Source: a virus
IMG/VR virus record: IMGVR_UViG_3300023174_009221
DNA: 64,000 nt
Reading direction: 5' to 3' (one strand)
The position numbers were made by a program, and so were the translations under genes. The notes under the pieces were generated by a model. It had not been told where the DNA came from, searched no databases, and saw nothing but the letters and a program-made list of their open reading frames with translations. Below, piece by piece: positions 18,286 through 29,311 of this stretch (the first letter of the stretch is position 1; each line of letters starts with the position of its first letter).

Positions 18286-19025
18286 TGAAGTATATAAAGT
18301 CATATAAATTATTTGAATCTGTTAGTAAAATACAGTTTCCAACATATACAGAGTTACATGATTTCTTTATAGAGTTAGAAGATGATGAGATAACTAAATT
18401 TAACTATAATAGTAGTGCCGAATCGCTCAGCAAATTCATTGACGGTGGATATCTTTTCTTTCCACAAAGATGGGATAGAACTATTCAATCACAACTCTAC
18501 TTTGATATGTCTTTTAGAGAAGACTATTTAAATCATAAACCAAAAGAACTAATGGGTGAAACTTGGAGTGAATTTTTTTTGGATCCTCTGACTTTTCCCG
18601 ATAAAAAATTCCTTAGAAGAAGAACTGAATGTATACATTTGGACGATGTAGAACAAAGTGTGACAAATGTAAAACAGCTAGGCCGAAAAGAAAAAACCTT
18701 CAAAGAATTATTTATAGAAGAAATTGAAAAAGGTAATATAAAAGCTTATCCTTTTATTTATATGACATTTGATATATTTCTACCAAAACATTTAGACAGG
18801 GTTATAGAAAGACTAGAAATGGTTTATGAATCAACTGGTTTTAGACCACTTTATGGATTCTGGGAAGAAGATTATGTAGATGAAAATAACGATGGTGTGG
18901 TCACTTTTATAAACTCAAACTTGTGTTTGGTAAATGTTTCGGATGAAGAATATAAAAATCTTATTAAGATATTTGATGATCATAATGTTGATAAACAAGT
19001 AACGAAACATTTTTTAAATCAATGA
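18285..19025 (+). CDS. hypothetical protein with N-terminal tag (MKYIKSYKLFES)
   Basis: TGATG coupling to the upstream gene gives ATG 18285. Confidence 0.75.
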   Translation: MKYIKSYKLFESVSKIQFPTYTELHDFFIELEDDEITKFNYNSSAESLSKFIDGGYLFFPQRWDRTIQSQLYFDMSFREDYLNHKPKELMGETWSEFFLDPLTFPDKKFLRRRTECIHLDDVEQSVTNVKQLGRKEKTFKELFIEEIEKGNIKAYPFIYMTFDIFLPKHLDRVIERLEMVYESTGFRPLYGFWEEDYVDENNDGVVTFINSNLCLVNVSDEEYKNLIKIFDDHNVDKQVTKHFLNQ

Positions 19026-19182
19026 TGTAATCTCTATATTTATACCAATAGAGAAAGAAGAATTACCTTTAATTATAGTGAATTTCTACAATAATTATCT
19101 TAAATATAAACAACTTTATTAATATAAACGAATATAATCTTTATCAGTTAAATGACTGAATATTAAAAAATAAAAAGCAATT

Positions 19183-20154
19183 ATGGCAAATGATGAAATG
19201 GATGACCTATTTAATGGCGGCTTAGACAGCAAAATGAGTTTTTTGAACGAACAAAAAACAACAACAAACAACGACGGTATCTACCGAGTTGACCTTTCAA
19301 AATGTAAGGATAAAAAAAGAGGTTGGAGATCTGTGGTAAGATTATTACCAAATCTAACAAAAGAGGGCAAAGTAGGAGAAAGCGCAATCGAGAAAGTGAC
19401 ACACTATGTCGATATCAAAAACTCTAAAGAGTTGAGCGGATGGTTTGATAGTCCTAAAAACTTCAACGAAAAATGTCCACTTACAGACCTTTACTACACT
19501 ATGCAGAATTCTAAAAATGCAATTCTTATGGAAAAGTCAAAAATGTTGAAGTATTCTAAAAAATACTACTCTTATGTTTTGGTTTTGGAAGACGAACAAC
19601 AACCAGAATTAGTCGGTAAAATTATGATTTTCCAATATGGAAAAACTATCAAAGACAAAATCATGGCTGAGAAAAACGGAGAAATCTCTGGAGTTCCTTG
19701 TAATGTATTTGATCTTTCAGCTGGTAAAGATTTTGTTCTTGTAGTTAAAGAAATTCAAACCGGTGACGAGACTTACCCAGACTATAAAATGAGTATGTTT
19801 AAGCCAGAAACTTCTTCACTTCCTATCTACTTTAAAGAAAAGTCAGTTTTCAAAAATGCACCACTTGTAGATGGAAAAATTGAATCTTCTGTTCAGGCTA
19901 AAATCAAAGAATTTTTACTTGATAGAGACCACGATTTAGAAGAATTTTCAGCTAAAAAACTTACCGAAGAACAACAAGCTAAAATTACCGAGATTACAAA
20001 CTATTTGACCGGTAAAGCTTCTTCGTCTTTTTCAGGTTCAAAATCTGAATCTAAACCAACTCAAGATGATTTTGATTTTGAAGACAATTTCTCATCTTCT
20101 AATCAAAATCCGGCTGTAGAAAGTGAAGAAGATGACTTTTTTGGTGACTTTTAA
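19183..20154 (+). CDS. T4 gp32-like single-stranded DNA-binding protein
   Basis: VRLLP, KYYSYVLVLEDEQQPELVGKIMIFQYGKTIKDKI, FDLSAGKDF, YPDYKMSMF; acidic tail EEDDFFGDF. Confidence 0.88.
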   Translation: MANDEMDDLFNGGLDSKMSFLNEQKTTTNNDGIYRVDLSKCKDKKRGWRSVVRLLPNLTKEGKVGESAIEKVTHYVDIKNSKELSGWFDSPKNFNEKCPLTDLYYTMQNSKNAILMEKSKMLKYSKKYYSYVLVLEDEQQPELVGKIMIFQYGKTIKDKIMAEKNGEISGVPCNVFDLSAGKDFVLVVKEIQTGDETYPDYKMSMFKPETSSLPIYFKEKSVFKNAPLVDGKIESSVQAKIKEFLLDRDHDLEEFSAKKLTEEQQAKITEITNYLTGKASSSFSGSKSESKPTQDDFDFEDNFSSSNQNPAVESEEDDFFGDF

Positions 20155-20180
20155 TTAGCCAAAAAAAAACAACATCGACG

Positions 20181-20210
20181 AAATCCCACAAATTTTTTGT
20201 GGGATTTTTT
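20181..20210 (+). terminator. intrinsic terminator
   Basis: AAATCCCACAAA / TTTGTGGGATTT hairpin with a T tail. Confidence 0.8.
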
Positions 20211-20268
20211 GTTAATAAACAACAAATCGGGTTTATATAATATAACCTATAAATAATTTCCAAAGAAA

Positions 20269-21162
20269 ATGAATTTAGCAAATAAGACTTTTAAGAACAT
20301 CAAAACTGGTGAAGTTATCAAAGTTATAGATTCTTTTGAAGATATAGCAATTCTTGAAAATAAAAAAAAGATGAGCGTCACAGAACTGATAAACTCAAAT
20401 CTTTTTACAGAAGAAATTGATCCTAACAACTTTTTCAACAATCAAAATTCGTATAACCTTTTGGCCGATAAGATAAAAAATATACCAACTGATATGATAA
20501 AAGATGAAGACGGAACGACTCCAATTTCAACAAATATTTACGATGATAACTTCAAACCACTAACTAATGAAAGCGCAATTATCTATTCTTCTGAAGAAGA
20601 TGAAAAAGAAGAACTAATTAGAAAATACAGTCTTAAAGAAGGTTCCACACAACAAGTTAATAGACAAAATGAAGTATTTCAAAAAATATTAGAAGAAGAC
20701 AGACAATCCGACATAAAATCAGAACCGGTCAAATATCAACCACCGGTTTTACAACAAACAGAAGACCCTATTATTTCAATGTTTAAAAGGGCAAAAAAGA
20801 GTGTTGAGTTTAGTATGTCGATAAGTATTGAAAATAAAATACCAAGACTTGATTTTATTGAAATGATGGAGGATTCTTATGATATCTCTATGATTGATTT
20901 TTTAGCCGATGAGTTTACAAAAGAAATCTTACTTGATCCTAAGTTCATTCAACAACAAATTAAAAATAAAATCACAGAAATGGTTTATAGTAAACCAAAA
21001 TCAGATTCACAAATTACAGACTCAGTCACTACTTCTTATGAAAATGTAGTAAATTCACAAATCACAGATTCGGTGACTACTGTAAATACCAACACAGAAA
21101 AAAAACCTACCCCAAAGCCTAGAACTACAAGGGCAAAAAAACAACCGGTGTCAAATGATTGA
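20269..21162 (+). CDS. hypothetical protein
   Basis: 297-aa ORF; duplicated SQITDSVTT peptide; basic low-complexity tail. Confidence 0.75.
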   Translation: MNLANKTFKNIKTGEVIKVIDSFEDIAILENKKKMSVTELINSNLFTEEIDPNNFFNNQNSYNLLADKIKNIPTDMIKDEDGTTPISTNIYDDNFKPLTNESAIIYSSEEDEKEELIRKYSLKEGSTQQVNRQNEVFQKILEEDRQSDIKSEPVKYQPPVLQQTEDPIISMFKRAKKSVEFSMSISIENKIPRLDFIEMMEDSYDISMIDFLADEFTKEILLDPKFIQQQIKNKITEMVYSKPKSDSQITDSVTTSYENVVNSQITDSVTTVNTNTEKKPTPKPRTTRAKKQPVSND

Positions 21163-21547
21163 TGAGAATTTTATTCAAGCTGCTATAAAAATAAGAAGAC
21201 AATATCTAAAACTTATTAATAACCTAAATTTTTATAAAACACAAGCAAATAAAGTGCTTTCTAATCTACAGGATATAATTGAAAAATTAGAAAACATATC
21301 AAAAAATGTTGATTCGGACCCAAATTCAGAAGCCACGTCAGCAAAATTAGTTGAAGTACTTAAAGATCTTGAAAAAGAAGGAAATCAAGTAAATCAATTA
21401 ATTGACCCTCTCAACACAGAAATTGAAAAATTAGCCATTGAAGAAAAAGAGCTTTGGAACAAAATCAAAGAAAAACACTCAAATATATCAGATAATCAAA
21501 TTATTGAGTATGTAAAATTGCGACTTGCTGAGCAAAATCTTCAATAA
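21155..21547 (+). CDS. hypothetical coiled-coil protein
   Basis: Heptad-rich 130-aa ORF overlapping the upstream gene. Confidence 0.7.
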   Translation: MIDENFIQAAIKIRRQYLKLINNLNFYKTQANKVLSNLQDIIEKLENISKNVDSDPNSEATSAKLVEVLKDLEKEGNQVNQLIDPLNTEIEKLAIEEKELWNKIKEKHSNISDNQIIEYVKLRLAEQNLQ

Positions 21548-21590
21548 TAGAAACGGATTCAAATTTTATATATAAAATAAAAATCTATTA

Positions 21591-23732
21591 ATGGCTAAAT
21601 TATCAAAATTTGTTAAAGTTGATAAAAACGTCCTGTTAGAATTCGTTTATGACGAAGATAATAATATAAGTGAGTCTTATGAGATTTTAGTCAACTCAAA
21701 AGAAAGAAGACAATCGTATTTAGCCAATCCTAATTCAGCAACAAATAATATTCAGGGCAATTCCCTTTTTGCATTAGATAAATTGTCTAATAAATTCGGA
21801 AAAATAAACACCTCTCAATATAGTTTTTTACAAATAAAAAATTACTCATCAACCGCTCCTATCAGACATGATAGGCTGGTGATACACTTACCTATCAATT
21901 GGACATTTGGTGAGTATCTTGGATGCTATGTCAGAATTTATACATTTGATACACTAAATCAGAAAACCTATGATTTAAGTAACTATTATTTCGATATGAG
22001 TGACTCGGCTCAGGCATATCTGTTAAACTTTACATCACCTCCTCTGCTTTTTCAAGAAAAACTTTGGGGCAAAAGCCTCACAATAGATTTTCCAGCAGCC
22101 TCGGCATTATCACAACAAAGAACAGGTAGTCTACCAAAAGTAAATTCAATAAATGCCAATTTGACATCAGGTTCAGGTGTGAGTTTAACATCACCGGTAT
22201 TTATAGATTTTCACTTTATTCTTAACTTACAGACTATAAACGCGGTCACTACCTATACGCTTTCTGCCCCAACAACCGTTTCAATACCACAAACCCCAGA
22301 ATTTGAAAATTTAGGCCTTAAAATACAACACTCATCTAACGGTGATTACTTTGAAATTTTTGGAACTTATAACGGAAATATTGCCGAATTCAAGCAATTT
22401 ATTGACGATTCTGTCTATACCGGCCACCGATATTATGTAATCTATCAAATAACGACATTTGAACAAAACATCAGGGGAAAAACACTGACAGTTGAAGTTA
22501 AAGAAAGCTTTAACGAAACTGTTGATTTTAGACCAATAATTAAATTTTCCACGACTACAGCGATTATTGATGTAGAAATGAGGTTAATTGACTCAGTTGA
22601 TGATAGTTATATCACTCGTAGGGCGACTTATGGAATGCTACAAGACGAAGTTTCAAGATACGCCTTAAAGCTTATTAAAATCAACCTTAAAAATGCAAAC
22701 AAACCTAAAATCTATAATATCAAAAACGCTATTGACCCAAGTTTAGTAGGATTTTCAAACTCAATGGGTAAATTAAATCTTAGTAGAAGGCTACCACCAA
22801 TACCTATGTCGTTACCGGTAACAACAAACTCTGTATTATCGGGTAATAGTCAATTGGTAAGTAACCCAGTTGATACTTCTACCGGTCTAATTACAAACGC
22901 TACGTCAATGATATCACCAACAACTCTCACTGCAAATCCCGGTCTTTCAGTTGGTCAATCTGAATTAGCCTCAACCATGATTGACTTACAAAATACAACA
23001 CCGGCCTCTGGAACAACTATACAACAAATTCAAGTTGATAGACCAATTCTATATGATAGAGCCAATATTGTAACAAAATCAGGAACAGGTCCACTGACCA
23101 GTGGTTCAGAAAAGTATTTTCCAGAAGGCACTCTTAAAATTACAATCAGATCAGTTGGTGACACTATTCTTAAATTTGACATCGCAAGAGATGTCAACGG
23201 AGGGGGCGGAAATTCTCAAAAAGTAGATATATTTAATTTATCAGGATTCACTGATATAAGTTTTGTAATCAAAAACGATAGTAAAGAAGTAAATATTCCA
23301 GTAACAACAGAATTAGGAATAGATTCCGTTAATCTTAAACAAGGTAAAATAACTTTCAAGATTCCAGAATCTAGATATCAGGAAATTAAATCAATCTGGT
23401 CACAAGGAAACAAAATGTTTTACATAACAGCAAAATCAGCAGGTAGTAGGTTTTCTATTTACTCAGGACTTTATGAAGTCTCTGATAGCCCACAACAACA
23501 GCAACAACTAGAACAAACATCTCAACAAATTTCAAATAACCCAACTTCAACGGCGTCTGGTCAAACTGCGACAGCTGCTGGAACGATTTCATTAGATCCG
23601 GGTATTTCAGCCCCAAGTACCGTAGTCGATACCAGTGGAACTACCGCAAAAGTGCCAGCAAAAGAACAGGCACCTACTCCGAAACCTACCGGAAATAAAG
23701 ATTATCTTGATAAATCAAATAAAGTTCAATGA
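21591..23732 (+). CDS. probable virion structural protein
   Basis: TTTATATATA upstream (21565-21574); beta-rich with S/T/P linkers; coupled to the tail protein gene. Confidence 0.6.
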   Translation: MAKLSKFVKVDKNVLLEFVYDEDNNISESYEILVNSKERRQSYLANPNSATNNIQGNSLFALDKLSNKFGKINTSQYSFLQIKNYSSTAPIRHDRLVIHLPINWTFGEYLGCYVRIYTFDTLNQKTYDLSNYYFDMSDSAQAYLLNFTSPPLLFQEKLWGKSLTIDFPAASALSQQRTGSLPKVNSINANLTSGSGVSLTSPVFIDFHFILNLQTINAVTTYTLSAPTTVSIPQTPEFENLGLKIQHSSNGDYFEIFGTYNGNIAEFKQFIDDSVYTGHRYYVIYQITTFEQNIRGKTLTVEVKESFNETVDFRPIIKFSTTTAIIDVEMRLIDSVDDSYITRRATYGMLQDEVSRYALKLIKINLKNANKPKIYNIKNAIDPSLVGFSNSMGKLNLSRRLPPIPMSLPVTTNSVLSGNSQLVSNPVDTSTGLITNATSMISPTTLTANPGLSVGQSELASTMIDLQNTTPASGTTIQQIQVDRPILYDRANIVTKSGTGPLTSGSEKYFPEGTLKITIRSVGDTILKFDIARDVNGGGGNSQKVDIFNLSGFTDISFVIKNDSKEVNIPVTTELGIDSVNLKQGKITFKIPESRYQEIKSIWSQGNKMFYITAKSAGSRFSIYSGLYEVSDSPQQQQQLEQTSQQISNNPTSTASGQTATAAGTISLDPGISAPSTVVDTSGTTAKVPAKEQAPTPKPTGNKDYLDKSNKVQ

Positions 23733-24328
23733 GATTAAATAGTCAATCGTCACAGTTCATTTTTAACCTACCAAGTGATTTTCTACCAAGAGAAATAATA
23801 GAAAGTTACAATCCAATACTTGAAAAGAACTGGATTCAATATGAAGATATCATATCGTATTTAAATTCGACGATAAAAAGTGTCAATTTTCCAGGTCTTT
23901 CTTTTGATATGCCAAAACAAATTTTAATGAGAGGCAAAGAAAGGCAATATAAACCGGCTAAAAACCCTCAAGACATCACAACATCTCACGACCTAACAGT
24001 GACTTTTAGAAGCGTGGATTCTGACTTGAATTACTGGTTGATGTTTGATATTATCACAAAACACTATTTAGATGTTGTAAATTTATTTGTCTATCCATTT
24101 TCTATCACTTGCGTGGATATTCACCGAGATGCTATTTATGTAATTAGATTTTATGAGATTATATTAAAAGCTATGTCTGAAAACACATTTAATTACTCGA
24201 TGCAAAAAATATCGTCTAAGGAATTTAACATCACTTTTCACTTTAATTTTTATGATATCGAATTCCTGCTAGATCAAAGCAAAGTTATATCTCTAAAAGA
24301 AACTCCGATTATAATTCAGAGGATTTAA
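23729..24328 (+). CDS. T4 gp3/gp19-fold tail completion or tube-like protein
   Basis: IKSVNFPGLS, LTVTF..VDSDLNYWLMFD, FNITFHF pattern typical of this fold. Confidence 0.6.
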   Translation: MRLNSQSSQFIFNLPSDFLPREIIESYNPILEKNWIQYEDIISYLNSTIKSVNFPGLSFDMPKQILMRGKERQYKPAKNPQDITTSHDLTVTFRSVDSDLNYWLMFDIITKHYLDVVNLFVYPFSITCVDIHRDAIYVIRFYEIILKAMSENTFNYSMQKISSKEFNITFHFNFYDIEFLLDQSKVISLKETPIIIQRI

Positions 24329-25191
24329 TTAAAATCTTTGATGATTTCTACTAATTTTTCCGCTCTTTTAAGATAGGTATGATCTTTCTTGGCTCTATTA
24401 TATCCAGCTTCGGCAATAATCATTCGTTCATTATCATTTAAGAGATAGTATTTAATTTTTTCATCTAGCTCTGTCAAATTTCTATAAACGACTATTTCTT
24501 TGTCTATCTCAAAAAGATTTTCAATACCAGGAGTCCAGTTGGTGACAAGTAAAGTTTTACATCCACAAGTTTCAAATGTCCTATAATTTATATCGTCAGC
24601 TATATTACAATTCAGATGTATTTTATAAGAGTTTATAGCCCGGACCATATCATCACCTATTACAAAAATATCCTTTTTTATATTATATTTATCGAGTGAA
24701 TCAATAACATGACCTCTATTAAGAATGTTGCCACAGAAACCAACATCGACTGTTTTCTCGATGGTCATCGGATACATCAAATCATCTGGATATGAATTAG
24801 GAAACCAATAAGATTTTTTACATAAATTTTCAAAATACGGCAAATACCGCTGTGTTGAATTGAGGTGTATATCTATATTTAACAGCTGGCAAAGTTGTAA
24901 ATGTTGTTGTAAGACGCAATGGCTATCAATGGACCAAAATATTTTTATTTTTTTACTTTCTGAGATTTCTTTTAATGGCATCCAACTCGAGGTGTAGTTT
25001 TCTATAATAAAGATAACATCTGCCCATTTTTCTATCTCAAAAAATGGTGTGTTGAATTCATCATAGTTTAGACCCCATACTTTAGACTCAACGCCATCAA
25101 TTTTAGATAGAGACCTGTGTAGATTTAGAGATTCTCTAAAATTTTTATTTTTCTCATGCCTTCCGGCTTCCTGTATTATTACTATTTTCAT
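24325..25191 (-). CDS. CgeB-like (Glyco_trans_1_2) glycosyltransferase
   Basis: DVGFCG, YKIHLN, INYRTFE..GC, EIVVY, IAEAGYNRAKKDHTY. Confidence 0.88.
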   Translation of the reverse strand: MKIVIIQEAGRHEKNKNFRESLNLHRSLSKIDGVESKVWGLNYDEFNTPFFEIEKWADVIFIIENYTSSWMPLKEISESKKIKIFWSIDSHCVLQQHLQLCQLLNIDIHLNSTQRYLPYFENLCKKSYWFPNSYPDDLMYPMTIEKTVDVGFCGNILNRGHVIDSLDKYNIKKDIFVIGDDMVRAINSYKIHLNCNIADDINYRTFETCGCKTLLVTNWTPGIENLFEIDKEIVVYRNLTELDEKIKYYLLNDNERMIIAEAGYNRAKKDHTYLKRAEKLVEIIKDFN

Positions 25192-25197
25192 TTTAAA

Positions 25198-25761
25198 TCA
25201 TTTATAAAGATATATAGTCACGTCATTTGGTAAATAGTCATGTCTTATGGCAAATTTATTAGATAATTGTTCAATTATTTCTATCAACTCACCTGTTGAG
25301 ACATACTTCATATCACTATCTTTCAGACCAGTTGTTAAATTTGACAAAAAGTTAATTGATAGACCCCTTTCACACATGCACCACATTTGTCTTATAATAT
25401 CGTCGGTATTTTGTTTCCAATTTTCATGGAAGCAAAAAATACCAGAAGCGATTATCCAATCAAATTTATCATTCATCTCGAACAAACTTTTTTGAAAGAA
25501 TTTTTTGTCTGGGTATTTTCTACTAGCTATGGTTATCGCACTTTCTCTGAGATCTATACCGGTATAATTTTCTATAAATACAGAGGCGTCTCCGTATCCA
25601 CAACCAACATCTAAAACAGAGTCTTCGACCTTAATACCTATTTCCAATAAAACTTCCAATCTTTTTGATTGTGAGTATAAACTACCCCATCCCAAAGATT
25701 TGACATCATCTGTATTGCCAAACTTTTTTTCATAAATGTTATTTAAAAAATTAGAATCCAT
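25198..25761 (-). CDS. class I SAM-dependent methyltransferase (glycan cluster)
   Basis: VLDVGCGYG, YTGID, FDWIIASGIF. Confidence 0.88.
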   Translation of the reverse strand: MDSNFLNNIYEKKFGNTDDVKSLGWGSLYSQSKRLEVLLEIGIKVEDSVLDVGCGYGDASVFIENYTGIDLRESAITIASRKYPDKKFFQKSLFEMNDKFDWIIASGIFCFHENWKQNTDDIIRQMWCMCERGLSINFLSNLTTGLKDSDMKYVSTGELIEIIEQLSNKFAIRHDYLPNDVTIYLYK

Positions 25762-26587
25762 TAATCAATACATCTTCTTTCTTGACACCATCATCATTGA
25801 AAATATATTTAACAATAGGCTCAATTAAATGGTAGTTATCACCAAATGGTCTAAGAAAATTACATAATACATATTTGTCATTTACCAACATATTTTGATC
25901 TATTGCCCACCAAGATCTATCAATCCAATATTTATGAATATCGACACCTCTTTCAATAAAGCAATATTGTTCTTCGTCTAAACCATGATTATGTAATAAT
26001 ACACGCCATAATGACTCATCTGAAAATCCTTTCCAGCCGGATAAATCGGGTATATTATCAATTGATTCTTTATGATCAAAGACTTTAATTCCACACCAAG
26101 ATTTAAATAAATCCTCATCAGATAGATTATGTGGATTTACAATTTTTTGAAACAGAAAAGATTCACCGGTGATATTACTTATCGGAAATTTACCTTCATC
26201 TGTCCCGTTGCCTTTATACACTTCTCTTCCAATAAACAATAGCTTACCAACTTCTCTTTTGGATAACCTATCAATTACAAAGTTTTGCTGCAAAGGTATA
26301 GTATCGATATCCTCAATCATACAAATTTCTTGTCCAAATCTACCAGCTAAGATGTGTCTTGCCATTTTAGCAAGATTTGGAGTAGGAATTCCATCAACAA
26401 TAGGAAATAAATGCACATCTCCGTATTTTTTTATCCTTTTTATTAAATCATCATCTTCGATTCTATCGGTAACAAAAGCTAAAGAAATTTTTACTTTCGG
26501 AAAATATTTCTCCCAAGATTTACAAACTATGGGCCAAAAGTCGATGAAGTGCGAATCATCAGAACTTACTATCACTCTGTCAAACAT
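25751..26587 (-). CDS. putative GT-A glycosyltransferase
   Basis: FIDFWPIVCKSW start, EDID (DxD) motif, SDE motif; cluster context. Confidence 0.55.
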   Translation of the reverse strand: MFDRVIVSSDDSHFIDFWPIVCKSWEKYFPKVKISLAFVTDRIEDDDLIKRIKKYGDVHLFPIVDGIPTPNLAKMARHILAGRFGQEICMIEDIDTIPLQQNFVIDRLSKREVGKLLFIGREVYKGNGTDEGKFPISNITGESFLFQKIVNPHNLSDEDLFKSWCGIKVFDHKESIDNIPDLSGWKGFSDESLWRVLLHNHGLDEEQYCFIERGVDIHKYWIDRSWWAIDQNMLVNDKYVLCNFLRPFGDNYHLIEPIVKYIFNDDGVKKEDVLINGF

Positions 26588-26588
26588 T

Positions 26589-27155
26589 TTAAATTTTATT
26601 TTTTATTATATCAATTATAGGTTTTTTTATCATTTTGGTTTCTTGTTGAAATTCGACTTTTATATTATTAATATAAAATTTTTCTAATTCTAAATACTTT
26701 CTACCGGAAATACCGGATATGTAAGTTGTTGCTCCGTTTTTCAAACATATATCAACTAGTCTATCCGAGGACTTTAAAATAGTTGGCTCATCAAATACTA
26801 TATTAGTTTTTATTTGTAGAATATCTCTTATTTTGAGAATAATTTTAGAGTTAGTTTCTGACAAGTTATCACCGACGCAATCGTCAAACAAATCCAAAAC
26901 ATTTCTATATCCAGGTAACATATTTTTAATTCTTAACCAATCTTTTTCGTAGTTCAAATATAACTTTTCAGTGATTGGTTGAAGACCTTTATTGACAGAC
27001 ATAGTATACCATTTATCACCTATATTAAATCTATTTTGATAATTATTTTTTTCAAATTGACAATGTTTAAGAATAACAAAAGTATCAGAATCTTCCATTT
27101 TTTGAAAAAATGGATAATAAGGAAAAAAATTAGGCTGATGTATAGAGATTGTCAT
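26589..27155 (-). CDS. WbqC-like protein
   Basis: IHQPNFFPY, QFEKNNYQNR, RLVDIC..GATTYISG.SGRKYL; start reassigned to ATG 27155. Confidence 0.85.
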   Translation of the reverse strand: MTISIHQPNFFPYYPFFQKMEDSDTFVILKHCQFEKNNYQNRFNIGDKWYTMSVNKGLQPITEKLYLNYEKDWLRIKNMLPGYRNVLDLFDDCVGDNLSETNSKIILKIRDILQIKTNIVFDEPTILKSSDRLVDICLKNGATTYISGISGRKYLELEKFYINNIKVEFQQETKMIKKPIIDIIKNKI

Positions 27156-27159
27156 ATAT

Positions 27160-27990
27160 TTAAACTGTCTTATAAAAATCAATTAAACTATCAAATAGAT
27201 ACTCAGGTTCTATATCAGAAACGTTATCAGTTTCAAATACATATTTGTAATTTATACCCTTTTTTGTAAAAATATTATTTTCTGGAAATTTCTCTAAATC
27301 TGATTTTATACCATACATAAAAATAGGAGTCTTCTCAGAATTCATCACGTTTAAAAAAACTGAACCACTTACATTGTAAATTACAAATTTCGAAACAGCT
27401 TGAAGATTCAATTGTGTCTTAATATCCGGTCTGATTATATAATTGACTTTGGTTAAATCAGATTGAAAATTATCATTAAATAAAACCACATTTATTTCAA
27501 ATCCAACAAACTGTTTAATTATTTTTTCCAAAAAAATATTAAATTTATTTATGTTGTAGTTTCTGTGCTCATGAGTAGTGTGTATTCTTGGAAACAATGT
27601 AATAATATTTTCATTTTGATTCTTTTTTGTATTCAAAGGCGGATATTTTCCGAAATCACCAGTCAAATCTAGTTTAATATCAAGTGGATAATCATTGAAA
27701 ATTTTTCTTCTATGGTAAACATTGAAACCATCATTTTCATATTCACCTACTAATTTATTTATATCCTCATCTGACATTGTGTTAAGACTATCACTTCTAT
27801 CGAATTTAGAAAGGAACCACTCTGGAATTTCAACAAATTTGTCTACAAAATCCTCATAAAAAATTTTACTTTCTTTATACGAACAAACATATAAGGTTTC
27901 GAAATTACTTCTTAATTTTCTTAAAATACCCTGGAATGAAATTATCTCGTATCCAAATTCCCCAGTAAATAAAAAAAATGCTTTTTTCAT
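27160..27990 (-). CDS. putative GT-B (GT9-like) glycosyltransferase
   Basis: GEFGYEI start, ITLFPR..HRNY, NVSGSVFL; cluster context. Confidence 0.5.
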   Translation of the reverse strand: MKKAFFLFTGEFGYEIISFQGILRKLRSNFETLYVCSYKESKIFYEDFVDKFVEIPEWFLSKFDRSDSLNTMSDEDINKLVGEYENDGFNVYHRRKIFNDYPLDIKLDLTGDFGKYPPLNTKKNQNENIITLFPRIHTTHEHRNYNINKFNIFLEKIIKQFVGFEINVVLFNDNFQSDLTKVNYIIRPDIKTQLNLQAVSKFVIYNVSGSVFLNVMNSEKTPIFMYGIKSDLEKFPENNIFTKKGINYKYVFETDNVSDIEPEYLFDSLIDFYKTV

Positions 27991-27992
27991 TT

Positions 27993-28751
27993 TTAAGCCT
28001 CTAAAAATTTATTTATGTAGTATGATAAAGTCAACTTTTCGAAATCATATTCTTTATTAATGATTTCAAAATATTTTTCCTCTAAAAAATTTGAATTTAC
28101 TTGTTGCCAATCATCAATCCAAAGAATAGGTAGGTTTTCAAAATCTTTCATAGCAACACACCTTTTTACTATCGGAATTGTTCTCAAATACAAACTCTCC
28201 CATATTCTATGTGTATCTATTCCGTTTCCACGAGGACAAAGAGTAAATTTGTGATTGTATATATTATCTATATAACTTGAGTGACCTTCATTTGTTCTAT
28301 CATAGACAGTTGTAGTGGTCCAGATTTCTTCGGAAAACATTTTTCTAACCATGCTTCTTTCAGATAGATAAGTCTCGTCACGAAAACCAATATAGCATAA
28401 ATTTTTAATAATTTTTTTATCTTGATTCTTTTCAATTATTCGGTCTAAATTTCCTATGATTTTATCATGTGAGAACGAAGGCATTCCTATTGGCATGGCT
28501 AATATTCTATCAGAAATCATATTTAGATTCTGACCTATCATAAGTTTTAACTCGTCTTTAATTAAAAAATTAGATTCATTTATTTCCCAATCACCACCCC
28601 CAATAAAAACTTTTTCATAATCTTTATCATATCTATTGTAAACTATATCGTCTACTTTAATCCAGGGAACATTTATCTGTGATAAAAGCATTAGAAATCT
28701 ATCCCATTCGATTATTTCTTCTTTTATGATGTAAAATTCTTGTAATTTCAT
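27993..28751 (-). CDS. exostosin/GT47-like glycosyltransferase
   Basis: HKFTLCPRGNGIDTHRIWESLYLRTIPIV. Confidence 0.82.
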   Translation of the reverse strand: MKLQEFYIIKEEIIEWDRFLMLLSQINVPWIKVDDIVYNRYDKDYEKVFIGGGDWEINESNFLIKDELKLMIGQNLNMISDRILAMPIGMPSFSHDKIIGNLDRIIEKNQDKKIIKNLCYIGFRDETYLSERSMVRKMFSEEIWTTTTVYDRTNEGHSSYIDNIYNHKFTLCPRGNGIDTHRIWESLYLRTIPIVKRCVAMKDFENLPILWIDDWQQVNSNFLEEKYFEIINKEYDFEKLTLSYYINKFLEA

Positions 28752-28753
28752 AA

Positions 28754-29311
28754 TTAAATATTAAACCAATTTTTAAAGGACTCGAAATCGAATTCCCTAG
28801 CATGTAAATACCACCTTTGTTGACCATCATTATAATTGTTATATTCCATACATAACCAACCATCTTCAAATTTGATTAACTCTATACCATGTTCGTCACA
28901 TATAGACTCGGTGTCTTTATTCCACTTATTAAACGGAGGGATAAATACTTTAGCATTTACCAAACTAGCACTTGTTAATATACTAAGCTCCTGAGCTTCC
29001 TTTGTGAGTAATCTATGATCCACATGAATTAATCCATGTGAAGCCATAATAGCCTTATCATGCAACTTTGGTATACCGGCTTTATCAACTCGATAAAATA
29101 TTCTGTAATCAGAATGCGCGTTGTATATTTTAGGGAAAATTCTTTGTTTTGAAATATCACTTTTCTCATTAGACATATCATTTACCAAAGGAGAAACTCC
29201 CCAGAGAACTTTACAATCCGGAAATCTATCGAATAGAAAATCCGTCATGTCGTTTACTAATTTCATATCTGCGTTAATACAAACATCATCAAATCTAAAT
29301 ATTTTACTCAT
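28754..29311 (-). CDS. polysaccharide-deacetylase-like (NodB/DUF2334-type) protein
   Basis: FRFDD, ASHGLIH, FIPPFN motifs. Confidence 0.75.
   Translation of the reverse strand: MSKIFRFDDVCINADMKLVNDMTDFLFDRFPDCKVLWGVSPLVNDMSNEKSDISKQRIFPKIYNAHSDYRIFYRVDKAGIPKLHDKAIMASHGLIHVDHRLLTKEAQELSILTSASLVNAKVFIPPFNKWNKDTESICDEHGIELIKFEDGWLCMEYNNYNDGQQRWYLHAREFDFESFKNWFNI

Noticed and set aside
24325-24328. Convergent genes sharing a TTAA double stop (also 53826-53829 and 62408-62411)
   Set aside because: Expected in compact AT-rich genomes; no extra signal
26169-26687. 172-aa plus-strand ORF and other short antisense ORFs in the track
   Set aside because: Lie opposite well-supported genes and show no motifs or upstream signals
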